Shown piece after piece: positions 58,467 through 64,000 of a stretch of DNA of 64,000 nt. The position numbers and the translations under genes are program-made. Origin of the DNA: Actinomycetes bacterium (GTDB lineage: Bacteria > Actinomycetota > Actinomycetes > JAHEKZ01); NCBI GenBank assembly GCA_024644345.1, contig JAHELE010000004.1, positions 9,523 through 73,522 of the forward strand, written 5' to 3'. Under the pieces are notes generated by a model. That model had not been told where the DNA came from. It saw only the letters and a list, made by a program, of their open reading frames with translations, and did not search any database. Numbering within the stretch: position 1 is the stretch's first letter; each line of letters starts with the position of its first letter.

Positions 58467-59077
58467 CGACCGAAACGTCGGCCGGTGCCCGAAAGGCACG
58501 CGTGGAGCGTGTGACAAAGGAATCGTCGGTTGTAGTCGAGCTCGACGTCGACGGCAGTGGTGTGGTCGAGGTCGACACGGGCGTTCCGTTCTTCGACCAC
58601 ATGCTGGCTCAGCTGGGAAAGCACGGCCTGATCGACCTCGTGGTGCGTACGACGGGGGACATCGAGGTGGACGCACACCACACCGTCGAGGACACGTCTC
58701 TGGCCGTCGGCCAGGCGCTGCGGGAAGCCCTCGGCGACAAAGCGGGGGTGCGGCGTTTCGGATACGCGATCGTTCCGCTCGACGAGACCAGGGTGCTGGC
58801 ATCGGTCGACCTGTCGGGTCGTCCGTACCTGGTGCACTCCGAGCCTGAGCTGGTCGAGCTGATCGGCAGCTACGACACAACTCTCACCCGGCACATCTGG
58901 GAGTCGATCGTCGCTGAGGCCCGGGTCACCCTGCACGTAGAGGTGCAGACCGGCCGCAACGCGCACCACGTCGTCGAGGCGCAGTTCAAGGCCGTGGCGC
59001 GAGCCCTCCGTGATGCAGTGGCGTTCGACGCCCGCGTTACCGGGATTCCCTCCACCAAGGGGACGTTGGGCGCGTGA
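58463..59077 (+). CDS. hisB: imidazoleglycerol-phosphate dehydratase
   Basis: 204 aa. Duplicated IGPD Mn-binding motifs (HHTVEDT, HH..EA). ATGA overlap with hisC. Confidence 0.9.
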   Translation: MTTETSAGARKARVERVTKESSVVVELDVDGSGVVEVDTGVPFFDHMLAQLGKHGLIDLVVRTTGDIEVDAHHTVEDTSLAVGQALREALGDKAGVRRFGYAIVPLDETRVLASVDLSGRPYLVHSEPELVELIGSYDTTLTRHIWESIVAEARVTLHVEVQTGRNAHHVVEAQFKAVARALRDAVAFDARVTGIPSTKGTLGA

Positions 59078-59232
59078 CCAGCAGCGTGGTCCCGGTCCTC
59101 CTGCTTGGAGTCGCTGGGTTCTGCTTCGGGGGCGCCTATGCCCTGTTCAATCAGAAGAAGCCGTGGTGGTCGATCGCCCTGGTGGCTCTCTTCGGGTTGT
59201 TGTCCCTCGCAGCAGCCTGGCTGTACCTGTGA
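59074..59232 (+). CDS. small hypothetical membrane protein (52 aa) inserted between hisB and hisH
   Basis: Not in the ORF track (under 60 aa). The GTG at 59074 overlaps the hisB TGA (GTGA). Its TGA at 59230-59232 overlaps the hisH GTG at 59229 (GTGA). The product is [52 protein letters not shown], two hydrophobic helices. Confidence 0.4.
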   Translation: MTSSVVPVLLLGVAGFCFGGAYALFNQKKPWWSIALVALFGLLSLAAAWLYL

Positions 59233-59867
59233 GTGCTCACCAGCCCCGCGTGGTCGTGCTGGACTACGGATCAGGGAATGTGCGCTCGGCGGTTCGGGCG
59301 CTCGAGCGTGCGGGCGCCGACGCGGTCCTCACGTCAGACCGGTCAGCAGCTGCTGAGGCAGATGGCCTGGTGGTTCCGGGGGTCGGCGCGTTCGCGGCAT
59401 GCATGGCCGGTCTGCACCGAGTCGGTGCCGGCGAGATCGTGGGGCGGCGGCTCTCAGGAGGTCGGCCCGTGCTGGGCATCTGTGTGGGTCTGCAGGTCAT
59501 GTTCGAGCGCGGTGTCGAACATGGCGTCGAGACCGAGGGGTTCGGCGAATGGCCCGGTGAGGTGGTGCAGCTCGAAGCGCCGGTGCTTCCGCACATGGGG
59601 TGGAACAGTGTGTCGGTGCCCGAAGAGTCCCGGCTGTTCGCCGGGGTGGCCGGTGAGCGGTTCTACTTCGTGCACTCGTACGGAGTGCGTTCGTGGGTGC
59701 TCGTGCCGGGCGAACGCGTGGCCGAACCGGTGGTGACCTGGGCGACTCACGGCACCCCGTTCGTGGCTGCCGTTGAGAACGGGCCGCTCAGCGCCACGCA
59801 GTTCCATCCGGAGAAGTCCGGCGAGCCGGGTCACCGGCTGCTTCGTAACTGGCTGACCACCCTCTAG
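59229..59867 (+). CDS. hisH: imidazole glycerol phosphate synthase, glutaminase subunit
   Basis: ORF track 59010..59867. Start at GTG 59229 ([21 protein letters not shown].., 212 aa). Class I GATase triad (GICVGLQ Cys, HS..). The longer N-terminal extension overlaps hisB. Confidence 0.85.
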   Translation: MSAHQPRVVVLDYGSGNVRSAVRALERAGADAVLTSDRSAAAEADGLVVPGVGAFAACMAGLHRVGAGEIVGRRLSGGRPVLGICVGLQVMFERGVEHGVETEGFGEWPGEVVQLEAPVLPHMGWNSVSVPEESRLFAGVAGERFYFVHSYGVRSWVLVPGERVAEPVVTWATHGTPFVAAVENGPLSATQFHPEKSGEPGHRLLRNWLTTL

Positions 59868-59876
59868 CCTGCTCGC

Positions 59877-60194
59877 ATGAGCAAGGAGAAGGCCAGACGC
59901 CGGGCTGAGGATCGTGCCAAGAAGAACGCGCCCAAGAAGCCCGCGGCAGATCGGCCAACCCCGACCGAGTCGACGTCGAAGAAGAAGATCCCGGCCCGGT
60001 CAGCACGAGAGCAACGTCGTCGTCGAAGGATCTGGTTGATCGGCGGCATCTGGTTGGCCGCGAACGCCGTGATCTGGATCGTCAGCGGCGCCGGAAACTG
60101 GGAGGCCAAGTGGTTGGGCCTGACCCTCACCACGATCCTGGTGCCACTGATCGTCTGGCTCCTGTGGGACCCCGAAGGACGCGTCGACCTCTGA
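59877..60194 (+). CDS. small hypothetical membrane protein (basic N-terminus + 2 TM)
   Basis: 105 aa, 9 nt after the hisH stop. Lys/Arg-rich N-terminus (KKNAPKKPAADR..KKKIPARSAREQRRRRR) then two TM helices. Confidence 0.5.
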   Translation: MSKEKARRRAEDRAKKNAPKKPAADRPTPTESTSKKKIPARSAREQRRRRRIWLIGGIWLAANAVIWIVSGAGNWEAKWLGLTLTTILVPLIVWLLWDPEGRVDL

Positions 60195-60230
60195 AGTGGC
60201 GGTGGCGTCGACCCCCGTAGAGTTCTGGGC

Positions 60231-60965
60231 ATGTCCATCGCGCATCTGGAACTGCTACCGGCTGTTGACGTCGCCGCAGGTCAGGCTGTTCGCCTGGTGC
60301 AGGGCGCGGCAGGTTCGGAGACGTCGTACGGCGACCCGTGGGCCGCAGCCCGAGCGTGGCAGGAAGCGGGAGCGGAATGGATCCATCTGGTCGACCTCGA
60401 CGCCGCGTTCGGGCGCGGAAGCAATCGTGAACTGCTGGCGGACGTCGTGGGCAAGCTCGACGTCCAGGTCGAGCTGAGCGGCGGCATCCGCGACGACGAG
60501 TCGTTGAAGGCCGCTCTGGAAACCGGCTGTCGCCGGGTGAATCTCGGCACGGCCGCGCTGGAGAATCCGACGTGGTGTGCATCCGCCATTGCCGAGCATG
60601 GTGATCGGATAGCGGTCGGCCTCGATGTGCGAGGTACCACCCTGGCCGCACGTGGATGGACGCAGGAGGGGGGCGACCTGTGGGAGACCCTGGAGCGTCT
60701 TGAGCTGGACGGATGTTCCCGCTACGTCGTCACGGACGTCACCAAGGACGGGACGCTGCAGGGGCCAAACCTGCAGCTGTTGCGCGATGTGTGCGCCCGT
60801 ACGGCGAAACCGGTGGTGGCCAGCGGCGGCGTCTCATCGCTCGACGACTTACGGGCGATCGCCGACTTGGTCCCTGAAGGGGTCGAGGGCGCCATCGTCG
60901 GCAAGGCGCTGTACGCCGGAGCGTTCACCCTTGAGAACGCCCTCGCGGCAGTTTCACGATCATGA
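60231..60965 (+). CDS. priA: phosphoribosyl isomerase A (bifunctional HisA/TrpF-type PriA)
   Basis: 244 aa. HisA (beta/alpha)8 motifs ([38 protein letters not shown]). Confidence 0.9.
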   Translation: MSIAHLELLPAVDVAAGQAVRLVQGAAGSETSYGDPWAAARAWQEAGAEWIHLVDLDAAFGRGSNRELLADVVGKLDVQVELSGGIRDDESLKAALETGCRRVNLGTAALENPTWCASAIAEHGDRIAVGLDVRGTTLAARGWTQEGGDLWETLERLELDGCSRYVVTDVTKDGTLQGPNLQLLRDVCARTAKPVVASGGVSSLDDLRAIADLVPEGVEGAIVGKALYAGAFTLENALAAVSRS

Positions 60966-61005
60966 CCGAGCTGTTCAGTTGGTACCCCGGCCACGTCACA
61001 CGGTC

Positions 61006-61389
61006 GTGAAGTACGCCGTCGAGGTCCGCATCAGCGTGCCGGTGTCCGCCGGCACGGTGGCACTTCTTGTGCGAGATCCCGAGAACTGGCCAGCGATGCC
61101 TGGCGCAGCGATCACTCTCGTCGTCGAGGCCGGTGCGACCGCTCGTGAGTACCGCTATGCGATCGTGTCAGGCCTACCGGTCAGGGAACACAGCGGCACG
61201 GTCGTGCTTGCAGACACCGACACGGGTGGAACCGAGATTGTGCTGACTGAGTCGTTCCGGCCCAGGATCTGGGGAACCGGCGGATACCTCCGCGGCCGCC
61301 GTGAGCGGTCGATGATCGACGCGGCCCGCCGGTGGGGCCAGACTGCCACCGGTCAATCCGTACGAACGGACCAGGAAGGCACAACCTAG
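61006..61389 (+). CDS. SRPBCC-family (polyketide cyclase/dehydrase-like) protein
   Basis: ORF track 60625..61389. Start at GTG 61006 (127 aa). The VEVRISVPVSAGTVALLVRDPENWPAMPG..GTEIVLTESF pattern is START/Bet v1-like. The position is equivalent to impA in mycobacterial his operons but the fold is different. Confidence 0.45.
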   Translation: MKYAVEVRISVPVSAGTVALLVRDPENWPAMPGAAITLVVEAGATAREYRYAIVSGLPVREHSGTVVLADTDTGGTEIVLTESFRPRIWGTGGYLRGRRERSMIDAARRWGQTATGQSVRTDQEGTT

Positions 61390-61398
61390 GCTGTTCGT

Positions 61399-62166
61399 GT
61401 GACTGTTGCCGTGCGCGTGATCCCTTGCCTGGACGTCGACGCCGGGCGAGTGGTGAAGGGCGTCAACTTCGAGAATCTGCGCGACGCAGGCGACCCGGTA
61501 GAACTCGCTCGCCGGTACGACGCCGAAGGTGCTGACGAGCTCACGTTCCTCGATATCACCGCGTCGAGCGGTGACCGGGCCACCACGTTCGAGGTGGTGA
61601 ACCGGACCGCCGATGAGGTGTTCATCCCGCTGACTGTTGGCGGGGGAGTGCGCTCGGTCGCCGACGTCGATCGACTCCTCCGCGAAGGTGCGGACAAGGT
61701 GGGGATCAACACAGCCGCGATCGCCCGCCCGGAGCTGATTGCCGACATCGCTCAACGCTTCGGGCGGCAGGTCCTGGTTCTGAGCCTCGACGCTCGGCGT
61801 ACTCACGACGTGGTGACGCCATCAGGGTTCGAGGTCACGACCCACGGAGGGCGCCGGGGCACCGGGATCGACGCACTCGAGTGGGTTGACCTGGCTCAGA
61901 CCCTCGGGGCGGGCGAGATCCTGCTCAACTCGATGGACGCGGACGGTACGCGGGAGGGATTTGATCTGGAGATGATCCGGGCAGTTCGGGCCTGCACCCA
62001 TCTGCCGCTGGTGGCTAGTGGTGGAGCCGGACGCGTGGAGCACTTCAGTGAGGCTGTTGCCGCCGGGGCCGATGCGGTGCTGGCAGCGAGCGTGTTCCAT
62101 TTCGGCGAGCTCACGATTGCCGACGTCAAGCGCGGTCTGCGCGACGCCGGGCACTGTGTGCGCTGA
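61399..62166 (+). CDS. hisF: imidazole glycerol phosphate synthase, cyclase subunit
   Basis: 255 aa. HisF motifs ([24 protein letters not shown]). GTG start. Confidence 0.9.
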   Translation: MTVAVRVIPCLDVDAGRVVKGVNFENLRDAGDPVELARRYDAEGADELTFLDITASSGDRATTFEVVNRTADEVFIPLTVGGGVRSVADVDRLLREGADKVGINTAAIARPELIADIAQRFGRQVLVLSLDARRTHDVVTPSGFEVTTHGGRRGTGIDALEWVDLAQTLGAGEILLNSMDADGTREGFDLEMIRAVRACTHLPLVASGGAGRVEHFSEAVAAGADAVLAASVFHFGELTIADVKRGLRDAGHCVR

Positions 62167-62180
62167 ACCGCTGTGCGTGG

Positions 62181-62846
62181 CTAGACGGCGAGTCGGTGCC
62201 GACGCCAACGCTCGACCGACTCGTCATTCCCCTCGACGACCACCGATGCATGGTCGCGCCGCCCGTGAAGGTAGAGGACGAGCTCGGCCGGGTCGCCGGT
62301 CAGCGTGACCGTCGAAGGCTGGTCGGTGTCTGCGACTGACACCGACCCGAGGGTAGGTGCCTGAACCCGTACCGGCACCGGTGGCCGACGAACGAACAGC
62401 CTGATCCGGCGGGTCAAGTGGTTCCACAGTGTGCGTTGGTCGTCATCCACGAGCTCGCGAGCGGCCCAGGATGGCTGAGCCCGGCGGACGTCCTCGTGGT
62501 GGACGAAGTGTTCGAAGGTGTTGACCGCTGATTCTGCGCCCGGTAGCCGCATGGGGGACCACACCGGCGGTCCGTGGCGAAACCGTTCCACGACTTCCGT
62601 GTAGGGGCGCACGGTCAGCCGCTTCTGCTGGCTCTGCATCCACCCCGACAGTGGCGGCAGCACGAGCCCGGCCGCAGAGGGATGTCCCTCGCGGAGTACA
62701 AGATGCGATGCCAGATCGATGGTGTTCCATCCGGCGCACAACGTCGGTGCGTCGGGGCCGAGCTCGTCGAACAGGTCGGCCAGGCTGGCCCGTTCACGCT
62801 GGGCGAATGGCGGAGCGCCATTGGCCACATCAGATGTCTCGGTCAT
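62181..62846 (-). CDS. TIGR03085-family (mycothiol maleylpyruvate-isomerase N-terminal domain-like) protein
   Basis: ORF track 62181..63005. Start at ATG 62846 ([43 protein letters not shown].., 221 aa). DinB/MDMPI_N-like pattern. Confidence 0.6.
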   Translation of the reverse strand: MTETSDVANGAPPFAQRERASLADLFDELGPDAPTLCAGWNTIDLASHLVLREGHPSAAGLVLPPLSGWMQSQQKRLTVRPYTEVVERFRHGPPVWSPMRLPGAESAVNTFEHFVHHEDVRRAQPSWAARELVDDDQRTLWNHLTRRIRLFVRRPPVPVRVQAPTLGSVSVADTDQPSTVTLTGDPAELVLYLHGRRDHASVVVEGNDESVERWRRHRLAV

Positions 62847-62910
62847 GTTCCTAGCGTGGCTCCCACGGGGCGCCAACGCCAATCGAAGGACGCGACGGCA
62901 GAATGGGCCC

Positions 62911-63285
62911 ATGGTCAGTGACCCCGTACTCGATCCCCAGATCGCCTCTCGTCTCAAGCGTGACGAGCACGGGCTCTTCCCTGCCGTTGCGCAGCAGCAC
63001 GACACCGGGCAGGTCCTGATGGTCGGCTGGATGGACGACGAGGCCCTCCGTCGAACGCTGACAACCGGACGCGTGACCTACTTCAGCCGAAGCCGCCAGA
63101 CGTACTGGCGCAAGGGCGACACATCGGGAAACCTCCAGTGGGTCAAGGAGGTCTACCTGGACTGCGACGGGGACACGGTGCTCGTTCAGGTCGACCAGCA
63201 GGGTCCGGCCTGCCACACCGGTGCTCGGTCGTGCTTTGACGCCGGATGCCTTGAGGTTGTTCACCCGTCGGGAGAGCCGACGTGA
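62911..63285 (+). CDS. hisI: phosphoribosyl-AMP cyclohydrolase
   Basis: ORF track 62719..63285. Start at ATG 62911 (124 aa). HisI motifs ([43 protein letters not shown]). Confidence 0.85.
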   Translation: MVSDPVLDPQIASRLKRDEHGLFPAVAQQHDTGQVLMVGWMDDEALRRTLTTGRVTYFSRSRQTYWRKGDTSGNLQWVKEVYLDCDGDTVLVQVDQQGPACHTGARSCFDAGCLEVVHPSGEPT

Positions 63286-64000
63286 GCAGCGGGGACGTCG
63301 CTCCCTCACTCGAGGAGTTCCGGGTGCTGGCGACCGATCGCCGGGTGGTTCCCGTGACACGCCGCCTGATGGCCGACGCCGAGACCCCCGTCGGGATCTA
63401 CCGCAAGCTCGCGAAGGGGGCGCCCGGCACCTTCCTGCTCGAGTCAGCCGAGCACGGCGGCGTGTGGTCGCGCTACTCCATCGTGGGCGTGCGGTCGCAT
63501 GCCGTCCTGAGCGAGTCCGCTGGTCGGGCGGTATGGACCGGTGGGGAGCCGCCCGTGGGCGTCCCGCGGGAGGGAGAGCCGCTGGCAGTCCTCGAGGCCG
63601 TGCTCGAGGCCCTTCACACGCCGCGGCAACCGGGCCTGCCGCCACTGACCGGCGGAGTGGTCGGCTACGTGGGCTACGACGCGGTCCGCCGTTGGGAGCG
63701 ACTGCCATCGCATGCTCCGGACGAGCTGCGACTCCCCGAGATCGGGATGATGCTCGCCACCGACCTCGCTGTTCTCGACCACGCCGACGGCACCGTCCTG
63801 CTGATCGCCAACGCCATCAACCACGATGCGACTGACGAACGCGTTGACGAGGCGTGGCGAGACGCGGTGGCACGACTCGATGCGATGGCCACCGACCTTT
63901 CGGTGTCGGCCCCCTCTACGGTCGCCGTGGTTGACGCAGCAGTCACCCCCGACTACGTGTCGCGCACCGAGCGGGGCGACTTCCTGATGGCCGTCGAGGC
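63282..64000 (+). CDS. trpE: anthranilate synthase component I (5' part; runs off the window end)
   Basis: The GTG at 63282 overlaps the hisI TGA (GTGA). Translation [70 protein letters not shown].. is a typical TrpE N-terminus. Not in the ORF track because there is no stop within the window. Confidence 0.8.
   Translation, partial: MSSGDVAPSLEEFRVLATDRRVVPVTRRLMADAETPVGIYRKLAKGAPGTFLLESAEHGGVWSRYSIVGVRSHAVLSESAGRAVWTGGEPPVGVPREGEPLAVLEAVLEALHTPRQPGLPPLTGGVVGYVGYDAVRRWERLPSHAPDELRLPEIGMMLATDLAVLDHADGTVLLIANAINHDATDERVDEAWRDAVARLDAMATDLSVSAPSTVAVVDAAVTPDYVSRTERGDFLMAVE

Noticed and set aside
59010-59228. 285-aa long form of hisH
   Set aside because: The 73-aa N-terminal extension overlaps hisB and the small membrane ORF. 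The GTG at 59229 gives a canonical GATase length and a 4-bp coupling.

Overview
This is a 64 kb chromosomal segment from a high-GC (about 70%) actinobacterium; the gene order resembles Nocardioides/Propionibacteriales-type genomes. Most of it is core housekeeping: a complete dcw cell-division/cell-wall cluster (mraZ-rsmH-ftsL-ftsI-murE-murF-mraY-murD-ftsW-murG-murC-ftsQ-ftsZ-yggS-sepF-yggT-divIVA), ileS behind an Ile T-box leader, a dksA-like/lspA/rluD group, dnaE1, and a hisDCBHAFI operon that runs directly into trpE. The 5' third is more accessory. It holds a carotenoid biosynthesis locus in two parts (crtYcd, crtB, crtI, crtE on one side; crtD-like desaturase, CruF-like membrane protein, GT2 and other genes on the other), separated by metF and a low-GC 1.7 kb insertion. 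That insertion carries two secreted-protein genes and is bounded by nested 21-bp inverted repeats with no transposase. Downstream is a LexA-box-controlled cassette encoding a DUF6504-like small protein, a HEPN (SAV_6107-type, Rx4H) protein, error-prone DnaE2 and a catalytically intact DinB, followed by a MoxR-DUF58-transglutaminase operon. No rRNA, tRNA or CRISPR array was seen. The most interesting candidates are the SOS-regulated HEPN/DUF6504/dnaE2/dinB module, the inverted-repeat-bounded secreted-protein cassette, and small coupled ORFs woven into the his operon. Coordinates of non-ORF features are anchored to the ORF-track ends and may be off by 1-2 bp.
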